Below the pieces are notes generated by a model that saw only the letters and a list, made by a program, of their open reading frames with translations, did not search any database and had not been told where the DNA came from. A program made the position numbers and the translations under genes. From Heptranchias perlo (Eukaryota), in assembly GCF_035084215.1 (NCBI RefSeq), contig NC_090327.1, positions 31,496,001 to 31,560,000 on the forward strand: 64,000 nt of DNA. Reading direction: 5' to 3'. Shown here piece by piece: positions 41,601 to 55,500 of the stretch (position 1 is its first letter; each line of letters begins with the position of its first letter).

Positions 41601-43472
41601 CATCAAAGGGCTTGACCCTTCACCTAGGTTTCTCAATTAAAACAAAAGTAACACACCTTCCGCCAGTCGTTAAAGAAGTTCTGTCTGAAGACATCCTTTG
41701 TAGTGTACTCATGATCCAGCATCTTGGCGAAGAAGGTGGCCACTTCTTCCGCTGCGGGACTTAACTTCATTCGATTGCCTACATGCAGAAACAAACCTGA
41801 TTTACAAAACAAGCCATCAAATGTGGAGAGAGGCAAAGAAAACCTACTACAAACTAACTGTAGAGATCAAAAAAATTCAAATTAAAATAAAACCAGGAAA
41901 ATGTTGGGCTTGCTGCGTATTTCCATCAGCATCTGAAAAAAGGTTAATATGGAGTTCTTTGTCAGAACCAGAAACTGGTCGAAAAGTTATTTCTCTTTTC
42001 AGATACTGTCTTATTTCCATGCACAATGTCCAAATTCCTAATAACAATTAGTTCAAAAGATTAGGGACTAGCAGTAAGAACACTACCCTTCCACCTGGTG
42101 GAATCTGGTCCATGCAGATGAGCTGAAAGAATCCACTCATTATCTGCTACAAGGATAGCAAGTGAGTTTAGGGTTATTTTCAACCCGGCCTGAATTGGTA
42201 AATCTTACTCAGTTCAGACACAAGGCTGGCTGGTGTGGGGAATGGAAATATCATACTACTGCAGTACGTGATCTTTCAAAGTTTGTTTGGAGATGCATTC
42301 TTTTTTAAAATGATGAGAGCTTGGTTCAGTTGGTAGCACTCTCTCAAGTGACTCAGGAGGTTGTGAGCTCAAGCTCCACTATGGATTTGAGCACAAAATG
42401 TCGACCAACACTTTAGTGCATTACTGCAATGCTGCATTGTCGAAGTGCCATCTTTTGGACGAGAATTTAAACGAGGCACCATCCATCTGCTCAGGTCGAA
42501 AGATCCCTTGGCAGCATTTGAAAAAGAGCAGGGAGTTCTTCTAGTGTCCTGACCAATGCTGATCCCTCAATCAAAAAATAGATTACCTGGTCGTTCATTC
42601 ATTTTCTGTACGCAAATTAATAGGTGTGTTTTTTTTGCCGACGTAACAGTGACTACACTTCTAAAATAATCCATTAGTTGTAAAGCACTCGGGACATGCT
42701 GAGGGCACGAATGTGCTATATAATTGCAAATTCTTTAATAGCAGAGTATATATGGCTTTACTGTGCCTTAGGATATTCCTGATCAGGCATTTAAACATTG
42801 GAAGGGGGCCAAGACCTGCCACTAAGAGGCTGACTCAGTGGCAGGTTTTGGTCACTCCTTCCAGGGCTTTTCCCCTTTCTTTCCTGAAAGCATAGACCTG
42901 TGTAAGAGTATGATTCCATTGGCATTTCCAACCTCCAAGTCTTGCTCTAAGTGGCCATTCTTTATGCGTGAGGCTAAACTGCTAGTGTTGGCAAGCTATT
43001 CAATTGGGAAAGGAAAGAGGGGGGCATCACAGTGAGTTTGTGGACCCAATGTCCACACAAATTGCACATAGCACCTGCCCGCAGGGGTCACTGGATAGTG
43101 ATCAGTAGTGAGAATTCCTGATAAGGAGTGGAAATTCTTGGTTGATATTCTCCCCTCTCCCTAGCCAAAGGTGCTGGGAACAATTGTAGCAAACAAATTG
43201 CCTTCCCAAGAGATCAGTTAACTCAGCACAGGCCAGGGATGAAACCAGGGGCTTTCCTGGTTTGTATGGTTCAGTTCCCCATCAAGCAATACACTTAACC
43301 ACCGATTTACTGGTGTGAGGCTGAACAGTTTAAAGCGTAACATTTAGGACAATAGAGAATCAACACATACCTGTAAATGAACAGCTATATTTGTAACATT
43401 TAGGAATAAAATAAATTTGATAGAATACCATTCCCTTTTATATCTTGCAGGAGAGGAAGGTTCACTTTCTTC

Positions 43473-43513
<41 letters not shown>

Positions 43514-46500
43514 TGTAAAATAAATATATGCAATACAAACAGGTGAGTAATGGAATAGAACATATAAATTATATATGATATTGTAATAATGTATTTTTTT
43601 AACCATGAGCAAAGCAACAAGAGATCAGGTAGTTTATTCTATATCCCATGATTGGGCCATTTCATTGCATACAAAACAACTATTAAGTTGCTCAAAATTA
43701 TGTGATGTATAACCCCTTGTAATCTGAAGTTAACCTTTACTGTGTATCTTACCAACTCCTTTTTAAAAAAAAAATGAACATTTGCAAAGTTTGAGGGGGT
43801 ATAATTCATTACAGGGCTCCATAAAACTGGAGGAAAGCATCCCCTACTAGGTCACCAACATTTTGATCTGCCACACTAAACATCCTTGTTGCCTCGCTGA
43901 GTAATGTTTGATACAAGAGATAAATTTTGTTGATAATTTATCCAGACCATTGGTGCATTAAAATAAGGCTTCCCAACACTTTTACTCACCATTGTAATAG
44001 AAATCAACACCAAAAGGAAGCGGCTCGTATTCGGGTGCGAACAATGGACCTTTGTGTTCCAGAAACATCCATTTTACGCCATCTTCGTAGTGCTCCTCTT
44101 CCCACCTGATGACAGAACCAATACATTCCACAGGGAAGAAAAGCTAGTTATAGAAGAAACCAATACTAAATATTTTGCAATGACTGATATTCAAGCAACA
44201 GAAAAGACTACCTACCTGCTAGGGTCGTCTTCATTCTTTGAATCAAAGTCATCCTCCACATACTATTGGAGCAATAATTTTTGCCTGGAAAGGTCACAAG
44301 GGACAATGCCCTTATGCATGCAAAGCTATGATGTGATGATATGAGGAACACTGCTTACTTGATCCTTATAAAGTTGAACCACATTTACACCCCTTCCCCC
44401 AGCCACACTGAAGCTTCACTTTATTTTGACCCAAAAATCTCCAGAAGTGTAAAAGGATAAGACCCGATGAAATTATTCCCTGTAAAGATCTGAGGGCGAA
44501 TGTGTGTAGGCCCAAGCACATCTCAATTAAATGCCCTGCGAACACTTGGAGCAGGTCCCGGAACCATAACCGTGCAAAGTCGAATACTTTCAGGAGACAA
44601 AGGGAAAAAATCTGGCAGGGGAGAGGAGTCTAGTCCTTGAAAGCCATCCTCGGCAAAGGTATTTGTAAATCACTAAACATGGGAGATAGGGTTGGTCAAA
44701 GATAAGTGCCTTGATCGGACTCAGCCTGAAGAACAAGCAAAACAATTTTTCAAGAGTAGACTTTTCGATCACATTAGCCAACAGGATCAAAGGGAGAACA
44801 ATTTAATAAAGAACCTGAATGGAAATGAAGATTTCTAGATCCTTTAAATTAATTGAAAAAGCAAAAGATGTCTCAAAAAGAAATACGGAAGACTGATAGC
44901 TACCTCGGATAGAGAGCTTCACCCACAGGTGTCAGAACCTTAATGTTGACCTTACAGGAACGAGGGTTATACCACCAGGAGGACCAATGAACACATTTCT
45001 TTCACTTCTCTGAAGCCAACAAAGTGTGCACTACTGGAGATGAAAAACCTTTGCTTCCTCAATGTCTGTTTATCTCTATTGGGGCAATGGAGATCTGCTG
45101 TTCAGCAAACCACTGGCATAAAGTAGGATCAGCTCTGAGTGAATTCTTCCATGTTGGCGGGGCCATATTTCTGGTCTCCATTATACAGGAACACAACTTT
45201 AGTGTTCTACAATCCAGTCCTTGTCATTCAGATAATTGGATTTCAAGCTGGTCAAGAGGTTTAAAAAAAAAAGCCTTGCTCAGAACACTTCTATAATAGC
45301 TCAAGATAAGACTTGTAGTTGCCAACCTCCTAGAATGTGGTGAAGATTTGGATATTTGTCCAGGATATCCCTTGATGGGCAGCTCTTATGAGTTGTCTAT
45401 AAACGGATAAATGTGCAAGCACTGCAGCCTTAGGGAACATCCAGGGGTTAAATAAAGTATACTTATGACTGCTACTATGGAAACGAAACAGCACAAGTTC
45501 TTATAAAGGCTGGATGACAATGTTAAAGCAGGCATGTTTATTTTTTCTGGACACAGCCTAAATGATTTGAGGTAGTATCACCATCTTCTTTGACAAACTT
45601 GTTCAGTAATTAGTGATTGGGTGAAAGAGGTCCATTTTTTTGGGGAACAACAAACCACCATGACTAAAATCTGCTTCTTTTTTGGGAAAGAAATTGCTTA
45701 ATTGCAAGAGATGACAAAAGACTATCTATCTTGGTTGCCACCAGCTTGGGAATGCCTCAAGAGGCTGCAGAAATGTGATAGATCTCAGAATGTATGGTTT
45801 ACTCTCTGCCGATTGTCTTCTGACTCTATCTTTGAAATTAATCTGCACTCTATTTGCTGAGAATCAAAGCTGGTAGTTTCATACTTACACAAGACAGATG
45901 ACTGCTGATTTAAAAAAAAAATAACTCTAGCTGATTTTCTGCTGGCTACCTCAGAATGGATCTGGATCAGAGCTGTTTGCTGCACGTACTGTGTGGGCTA
46001 AGTCCTGACTTAGATCGTCATGGGCTCTAGGATCTTGGCTAAAAATACATAAAGGCTGCTGTTTCTGCCTCGTCCTTAGACTGGTGATTCTGCTCATGGT
46101 AGGAAATTTTATCCCAAAGGATCATTTCTGGGATGGCTTAGAGATCCTGCTAATAATACTTGCAACCTTCAAACATTTCCATCAGTTTCTCAATGAAGAA
46201 ATCCTCCCATTGAAAGGCATCTGCAGCAGCTTTGCCTGCACCTCCTGGAGATGCATGGCCATACAAGTCATTCAGCAAGATTTTCTGTGTTAAGCTGCTA
46301 CATCTACCACGCTGCAGTTGTGAGATAGTCTGGAGGAGGTCCTTCAGCAGCAACAGGAAGGCTCCCTAGCAGGGCTTTGGATGTCAATTATTACAGCCTG
46401 AAGCAGAGCTACTTGCTGCTAAAAGATGGCCAGTGGCTTTAAAACCATGCTATTTTGAGTAGGGCAGACTCATTAGTGAAGGACTTTTGACTCAAATTAT

Positions 46501-49500
46501 GTCCCAGCTGAAGATCTAGTCAAAGAAATATGACACTTTCTCTTAAGTTGGCAGCAGGAATTATGTATATACAGGCTAATTAATACTCAATTTCAGAGTA
46601 TGTGCTGCTTCCACAAATCTACCCAGACTCCCTTGTGTGCAGATGAAATAAAACCTGTAAAGGTCAAGGAAGTTGACCATTAAGAGATCTGCAGCAATGA
46701 CTCCAATCCCAGGGTAAGAATGGGCTGCCTGATTCAGGTCCTCAAGTATTTGAGGAATCACCATGCCTCTTGGCATTCTGTTGCTTAAGTCACTGACTGG
46801 TGCCAGGATAGAACTCTTCCTTGCACAGGATCTCAGGACTGTCTTGATGCCAAGGTGAACTCCATCACTGCTGACTGATGTGGTAGATGGAATGAGAAAA
46901 TGGAATTGCCATAGCCAATCATTAGTACGGATCAGATCAAATTGAGCGTACAAAACTTTTGTTGCAGCTGGTATCAAGGCTTTTTAGGCAATGGGCCCTG
47001 TGGCATCACTGAATTAGAAGGATGCCCAGCACCTACCCCATGCCGATTTTACTTCAGTGTTTAACATGCTTTTCACAGACGTGTTGCAAGCAGTCCTAGC
47101 AAAAAATACAGAGGCTCACTTTATAAGCAGCCATATCATGTTCACCACAGAAGCAGTGAAGGCAGAATCATGAGAGTCTGCAACCATGAAAGCTCAAGTG
47201 TAAAGTCAATGTTTGATGCCTCCATGCATAAAAAGGAAGAATTCTACCTTATCTCACAGCAACAGAATCAGTCCATACCAATAATCAAAACGTGGCTGGG
47301 GATGAACTGAGGTCAAAATGATTTAAAGCAACAGGGCATGGTTAATTCCTCCCCCCAAAAAAGGTATGGGAAAGATCATGTGCATAATGTTCAATGTCAT
47401 GACATCACAACAAAGCGGAAGGAAAGGTCTGCCCAGGGGGAGGGACAATTACTTTTTAGTCAAAGTATTGAAGAAGGTAGTAAGATTGATTGAGTTTCAA
47501 TTTTAATCCAGAGTACGGAAGCCCTCAGGTAGGCCCTCCCTCAGTTAGGCCTAGTGTCACCAATACAGAGAGAACACAACTTTACCAGCCTGAAGGCCAC
47601 CATAGAGACACCCAATCCCCCAGGAGACAATGCCAATAGAAAACCAACATCTCTAGCTGTAGTCTGGTTTTCTGAAGTTTGGTGGCTTCAGGTCATTTTA
47701 ATTTGCACCCAATGCTGTTTGTAAAGGAGACAAGCTGATACAATGACCATCACTAGAGCTGTCTAACAGATGTAGACTGTACTCAAGGGTATCCATGTCA
47801 GTTTCACAAGAAAATTGGCATTTTAAAAAAAATTACAATGAGTATTACTTTATACTTACATTTGTACCTTAAATAAAAAGTATCTCCTCTCACCTTTCCA
47901 TTTAACAAAACAGTACCTTGCGACTTTTCTTTGGCAGGACAGTAGAGAGGCATTGCTTCTGCCTTCCCCAGAAGTACTTGGAAGATTCCAAGAATGAAGA
48001 ATTAAAATCATAAACTGCTTGAATTTACCATAATGGTTTGAATTGAAAATCTAGGATTAGACCACAAACTCACTATCGTAGACATTATTTATCAATTGGA
48101 AAGGAGGCGTTGGAAAGCTATATAGGCAATACATTAGGGTGTTGAAAAGACTTGCTCTCAAGGTAGTCCACTACATCTCTGGGAGAAACTCCACAGCTAC
48201 CAAGAGGTACAGTACAAAATTAACATGCATCAACAGCACAAAGCTATTCGTAACAGACATTGTACTTTAAATTTAATTGCCTGTGAAATACTTTGAGGTG
48301 TTCCTTGAAGATGCGATAAGACACTGTATAAATACAAGTTTTCTTTTAAAGCCATTGCCCTTTTCCAGATGTCTGCCCATTTAAAAGCACTGCGCAGGGG
48401 TAAGGCATTATTTTTTTTTCTCACTTACTCAGACAGCTGCTTATATGAAGCTACATGTCGTCATTAAATTGGAGGGAAACTTTCCTAATGGCATATGAAT
48501 GCCTGGTGGTTTACTGTTGCCATTATCTGGCCTTTAAACCATTTTCTGATGTGGACTCACACAAGCAATCCCTCCCTACACCCTCAAAAGCTCAAACCTA
48601 AAGTGCCGTTGTGGATCATATACAATCTTCAGTGAATAGTGAGCCAGCAGTTTGCAGGATGCATTGATGTCATCGTCACTCAAGTTGCCATTCGTCTTCT
48701 CATTACCCCCTAATGTGGCTACACTCAAAGTGGCAGACCTGGTGACGCAAGGAAAGGAAGGCTCCATGATTCAGCTTTTTAAATCTTTTGGCAAAAAACA
48801 AATCTACCAATTGCTGTAATTTAAAAAGGAACATAAAGCTCCACTTTATCAATCAGTCATAATATAAAAGAACAGATCAGATGATTAAAAGGATTAATGA
48901 TGCTGCTCTGCAATTTAACAATAAGCATAAATTTAATGCCGTAGAACATAGTGTTGCAGTTTGATTCCATATTGTAAGAAATGAGTCGTACGAGTGGTTT
49001 TAATATTTGTTTTTGAGGCAAGGAATATTGGTAGATTGCGGTCAGAGTCAATCACTTCCAGGTCAGCTTTGGCAGGAGTTCAACCTGTTCCTCTAATGTA
49101 TCACAGTGAATTTTCTACACTGCAAACTAGCCTGACTTAGTGTTTTGGAGTAAGAATGTCAATTAGGGAAAAATGAGGGTAGGTTTGTTCTAGGTCCCTT
49201 TTCTGATTAAGACCAGAGTTGAAACTGCTCCAATTCATTTAAATCGGGACCCCTACAGCTAGCGGTCTCTGGTATCATTAGTCTGTGGAGGATATATTGA
49301 TGGGGTTAGATGAAGGGTGGGAGGAGCATAAACACTGGCATGGACCTGTTAGACCGAATGTACAGCACAGAAACAAACCATTCTATGTAATTCAAACTCA
49401 AGTCCCAGAGGTGAAAGGACAGTGTGCTAACTCACTACACCACCCAGGCTTTTAGATTGGTGATGTTAAGTCAAACCCGTCACCCACAGTGCACACTACC

Positions 49501-52500
49501 CAAAAGCAGACACCAACAGGTGCTGCACATTCACAATATGTTGGGAGTTTCAACCTGCTGCGCCACAAGACTTGGGTTTAATATCCTCTGGTTAACACCT
49601 TTATATAAAATTCCTTTTTGTGCTATTTTACTGCAATTGTTAGCATGTTCACATTTTAACAGATCAACAACAACTACATTTGAATAAGTAAAAAGGAATT
49701 GCAAACACATTAAACTAGGCCACTACAGGAAATTAAAGCTCTCTGGAAGCAGTAGCTGCTGCACCTGTTACAGCAAGAAACTTAAGGGTAAGTTTTCAAC
49801 CCAGCCTTTAAAACAGACAGTAGGAACCAAGAGCAGCAGCAGTTCATCTCATCTCGTCACTGATCAAATATTATAATATGGAATCATATGGCACAATAGG
49901 AGGCCATTCGGCCCATCGTGCCTGTGCTTTGTAAGGGCTATCCAATTAGTCCCATTCTCTTGCTGTTTCCCCATAACCCTGCAAATTTTTTCTTTTCAAG
50001 TATATATCCGATACCCTTCGTCAGGTTATTATTGTATCTATTTCCTTTCAGGCAGTGCATTCCAGATCATAACAACTAACTGCGTAAAAAAATTCTCATC
50101 TCCCCCTAGGTTCTTCTGCTAATTATCTAAAATTTGTATCCTCTGGTTACCGACCCTTCTGCCAGCGGAAACAATTCTTCCCTATGTACTCCATCAAAAT
50201 CCCTCATAATTTAGAGCTTAATTAAATCTCCTCGTAACTTTCTCTGCTCTAAGGAGAACAATCCCAGCTTCTCTAATGTCTCCATATAATTTAATTTATT
50301 TAATTAAATATCTCTATTTACAAACCTGGAAGCATACCCTTTATCAAGAAGTCCTATACTACTACCGAAAAATTGCTCAATGTTCCAGAGAATCAAACTT
50401 GATAGCGGTCAAATTACTGGTCTAGTGGAAGCTGGGACCTTTCTGTTCCAGTGGCACTGTATAGCACCACTGAAGGGTTGCAATGGTCGTCACCATTTTC
50501 AGAAGCTTTCTTTTAAAAAAAACTGATGAACTTTTTCATAAGACCTCACTTTCAATATGGGCAGGTTGAACACGGTGCAATCTAACATTCCAACACCACC
50601 CATCATCTCTCCAGTTCCCAGTCAATTCATCTCATACCAGTGAGCCTAATACATCACCTCAAAGAATCAGGAGAGAAAGGACTGATGGTTTTAGGGGTTA
50701 ACCAGTATAAAATAAATTAAAAATGCTAAAGACAGTGAGTATCACTAGTTAATCTATTTATTTCTTGAAAACAATCCTCATCCCTTTCTATTAATTCCCA
50801 CTTTACCCCACTCTATAGAATTGAAAGTTGTAACTTACCTCTTTTCTGCAAACTGTGCTCTCTGAAGAACAGAAACCGTGCATCTTAAATTCCTCACAGA
50901 TAAATAGGTGCACATAATGTTGAAGTTAGCAAAGGCTATCTGTGTCACCGCAGTCACACATCTGAACATAACAAAATAACACTGCTGGTGCAAGCGATCC
51001 CCAAGGCTAGCTTACTTCAAAACACACTGCACTGAAAAAGAAAACCTCCATGCATGATACACTCGCCTGACTCATTACTGCTACATTTTGAACTTTCAAC
51101 CTGGAAACACTTCCTGTGGTCCTGCTAATTTCTTTTCCCACAGACAACAAATTTCTGCACATGGTAACAGAACTTGCAGACCAGTACAAGCCTCACTTTC
51201 AGTTCTCAATTTTTATTTGTGTATGTATGAACAAGGTGAAAAGAGAAAACAGGATGAAGAGGAGAAAGGAATAAACAGCCTCACTTATTGTTGATCATGA
51301 TGTGGATCATTATTGTTGACAGTTTCAAAGTAAAACCAAACACTTTTCATTTTAGAATTTTTGTTCCTTTACAAACTCTCATCGGCAGTCTCTCGACCCT
51401 GCCAAAGATGCAGTGTCAACTTTCTGTAGAACTTACACATATTCATAATATTATAGTAGGTACAGCACAGGAGGAGGCCATTCAGCTCATCGTGTCTGTG
51501 CTGGCTCTTTAAAAGAGCTATCCAATTAGTCCCATTCCTCTGTTCTTTCCCCATAGCCATGTAAATGTTTTCCCTTCAAGTATTTATCTAATTCCCTTTT
51601 GAAAGTTACTATTGAATCTGCTTCCACCAACCTTCAGACAGTGCATTCCAGATCATTACAACTCGCTGCGTAAAACAATGTTTCCTCATATCTTATAAGA
51701 TATTAAAGGGGAATTATAAGATATTAAGGGGAACAGATAGGGTGGATGGAGAGAAACTATTTCTGCTGGTTGGGGATTCTAGGAGTAGGGGGTACAGTCT
51801 AAAAATTAGAGCCAGACCTTTCAGGAGTGAGATTAGAAAACATTTCGACACACAAAGGGTGGTAGAAGTTTGGAACTCTCTTCCGCAAACGGCAAGTGAA
51901 ACTAGCTCAATTGCTAAATTTAAATGTGAGATAGATAGCTTTTTGGCAACCAAAGATATTAAGGGATATGGGCCAAAGGCGGGTATATGCAGTTAGATCA
52001 CAGATCAGCCATGATCTTATCAAATGGCGGAAGCAGGCACGAGGGGCGAAAGGCCTACTCCTGTTCCTATGTCGCCTCTGGCTCTTTCGCCAATCGCCTT
52101 AAATCTGTGTCCTCTGGTTACTGACCCTTCTTCCACTGGAAACAGTTTCTCTTCATTTATTCTGTCAAAACCATTCATGATTTTGAACACCTCTATCAAA
52201 TCTTCTCTTAACCTTCCTTGTTCAGAGGAGAACAACCCCAACTTCTCCAGTCTCTCCACGTAACTGAAGTCCCTCATACCTGGTATCATTCTAGTAAATC
52301 TCTTCTGCACCCTCTCTATGGCCTTGATATTATTCCTAAAGTGTGGTGCCCAGAATTGAACACAATACTCCAGCTGAAGCCTAACCAGTGTTTTATAAAG
52401 GTTTTGCATAACTTCCTTGCTTCTCTACTCTGTGTCTCTATTAATAAAACCCATGATCCCATAGCTTTTTAAAAAAAAAATAAAAACAGCCTTCTCAACT

Positions 52501-55500
52501 TGTCCTGCCACCTGCAAAGATTTATGTATGTGCACCCCCAGGTCTCTGTTCTTGCATCCCCTTTAAAATTGTATCATTTAGTTTATATTGCCTCTCCTCA
52601 TTCTTCCGACCAAAATGTATCATTTCACATTTCTCTGCATTAAATTTCATCTGCCATGTGTCTGCCCATTTCACCAGTCTGTCTATATTCTCCTGAAGTC
52701 TGATACTATCCTCCACATCGTTTACTACAGTGGCTTGCTAGGCCATTTGAGTAGACTAAGCCTGTATTCTCAAGTTTAGAAGAATGAGAGGTGATCTCAT
52801 TGAAACACAAAATTCTTACAGGGCTCGACAGGGTAGATGCAAGGAAGAGGTTTCCCTGGGCTGGGGAGTCTAGAACCGGGGTCACAGCCTCATGTCGTCC
52901 GCAAACTTTGAAATTATATCCACTATACCCAAGTCCAGGTCATTAATATATAATCAAAAAGAGCAATGGTCCTGGCGAACTTAAGAAAATAAGAAATAGG
53001 AGCAAGAGTAGGCCCCTCAAGCGTGCTCCGCCATTCAAGATCATGACTGATCTTCTACCCCAACGCCATTTTCCTGCTCCACCCCATATCCCTTGATGCC
53101 TTTAATATCTAGAAATCTATCGGTCTCTGTTTTGAATGGGCTCAATGACTGAGCCTCCACAGCCCTCTGGTGTAGAGAATTCCAAAGATTCACCACCCTC
53201 AGTGAAGAAATTTCTCCTCTTCAGTCCTAAATGTTCTACCCCTATTCTAAGGCTGTGACCCCTGGTTCTAGACTCCCCAGCCCAGGGAAACATCTTCCTT
53301 GCATCTACCCTGTCGAGCCCTGTAAGAATTTTGTGTGTTTCAATGAGATCACCTCTCATTCTTCTAAACTCGAGAATACAGGCTTAGTCTACTCAAATGG
53401 CCTAGCAAGCCACTCAGTTGTATAATCTCGCTAAAAAGAGTCATAATAAGAATAAAACCGGACGGACCACCCGGCATCGGACCACGAGGCATCGGACACG
53501 ACAAAGGCAAACCAAGCCCAGTTGACCCTGCAAAGTCCTCCTCACTAACATCTGGGGACTTGTGCAAAAATTGGGAGAGCTGTCCCACAGACTAGTCAAG
53601 CAACACCCTGACATAGCCATACGCACAGAATCATACCTTTCAGCCATGTCCCAGACTCTTCCATCACCATCCCTGGGTATGTCCTGTCCCACCGGCAGGA
53701 CAGACCGACCAGAGGGAGCGATACAGCGATATACAGTCAGGAGGGAGTGGCCCTGGGAGTCCTCAACATTGACTCTGGACCCCATGAAATCTCATGGCAT
53801 CAGGTCAAACATGGACAAGGAAACCTCCTGCTGATTACTACCTACCGTCGTCCCTCAGCTGATGAATCAGGCCTCCTCCATGTTGAACACCACTTGGAGG
53901 AAGCACTGAGGGTAGCAAGGGCACAGAATGTACTCTGGGTGGGGGACTTCAATGTCCATCACCAAGAGTGGCTCGGTAGCACCACTACTAACCAAGCTGG
54001 CCGAGTCCTGAAGGACACAGCTGCCAGACTGGGCCTGTGGCAGGTGGTGAGCGAACCAACATGAGGGAAAAACTTGCTTGACCTCGTCCTCACCAATCGA
54101 CTTGTCGCAAATGCATCTGTCCATGACAGTATTGGTAGGAGTGACCACCGCACAGTCCTCGTGGAGACGAAGTCCCGTCTTCGCACTGAGGACACCATCC
54201 AATGTGTTGTGTGGCAATACCACCGTGCTGAATGGGATAGATTCAGAACAGATCTAGCAGCTCAAAACTGGGCATCCATGAGGCGTTGTGGGCCAGCAGC
54301 AGAATTGTATTCCAGCACAATCTAACCTCATGGCCCGGCATATTCCTCACTCTACCATTACCAACAAGTCAGGGGATCAACCCTGGTCCAATGAGGAGTG
54401 TAGAAGAGCATACCAGGAGCAACAACAGGCGCACCTAAAAATGAGGTGCCAACCTGGTGAAGCTACAACTCAGGATTACATGCATGCTAAACAGCAGAAG
54501 CAACATGCTATAGACAGAGCTAAGCGATTCCACAACCAACGGATCAGATCAAAGCTCTGCATCCTGCCACATTCAGTCATGAATGGTGGTGGACAATTAA
54601 ACAACTAATGGGAGGAGGAGGTTCTGTAAACATTCCCGCCCTCAATGATGGTGGAGTCCAGCACGTGAGTGCAAAAGACAAGGCTGAAGCGTTTGCAACC
54701 ATCTTCAGCCAGAAGTGCCGAGTGGACGATCCATCTCGGCCTCCTCCCAATATCCCCACCATCACAGAAGCCAGTCTTCAGCCAATTCGATTCACTCCAC
54801 GTGATAGCAAGAAACAGCTGAGTGCACTGGATATAGAAAAGGCTATGGGCCTCGACAACATCCCGGCTGTAGTGCTGAAGACTTGTGTTCTAGAACTAGC
54901 CTCGCCTCTAGCCAAGCTGTTCCAGTACAGCTGCAACACTGGCATCTACCAGACAATGTGGAAAATTGCCCAGGTATGTCCTGTCCACAAAAAGCAGGAC
55001 AAATCCAATCCGGCCAATTACCGCCCCATTAGCCTACTCTCAATCATCAGCAAAGTGACGGAAGGTGTCGTCGACAGTGCTATCAAGCGGCACTTACTCA
55101 CCGATGCTCAGTTTGGGTTCCGCCAGGACCACTCGGCTCCAGACCACATTACAACCTTGGTCCAAACATGGACAAAAGAGCTGAATTCCAGAGGCGAGGT
55201 GAGAGTGACCGCCTTTGACATCAAGGTAGCATTTGACAGAGTGTGGCACCAAGGAGCCCTAGTAAAATTGAAGTCAATGGGAATCAGGGGGAAAACTCTC
55301 CAGTGGCTGGAGTCATACCTAGCACAAAGGAAGATGGTAGGGTTGTTGGAGGCCAATCATCTCAGCCCTAGGACATTGCTGCAGGAGTTCCTCAGGGCAA
55401 TGTCCTAGGCCCAACCATCTTCAGCTGCTTCATCAATGACCTTCCCTCCATCATAAGGTCAGAAATGGGGATGTTCGCTGATGATTGCACATTGTTCAGT

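Noticed and set aside
47917-47956. Minus-strand ATG mini-[15 protein letters not shown] ending at a GT
   Set aside because: Phase-1 weak donor, incompatible with the phase-2 acceptor at 44105
54608-55408. 266-aa RT ORF as an active or domesticated element
   Set aside because: The surrounding element has several stops and frameshifts; there is no intact ORF
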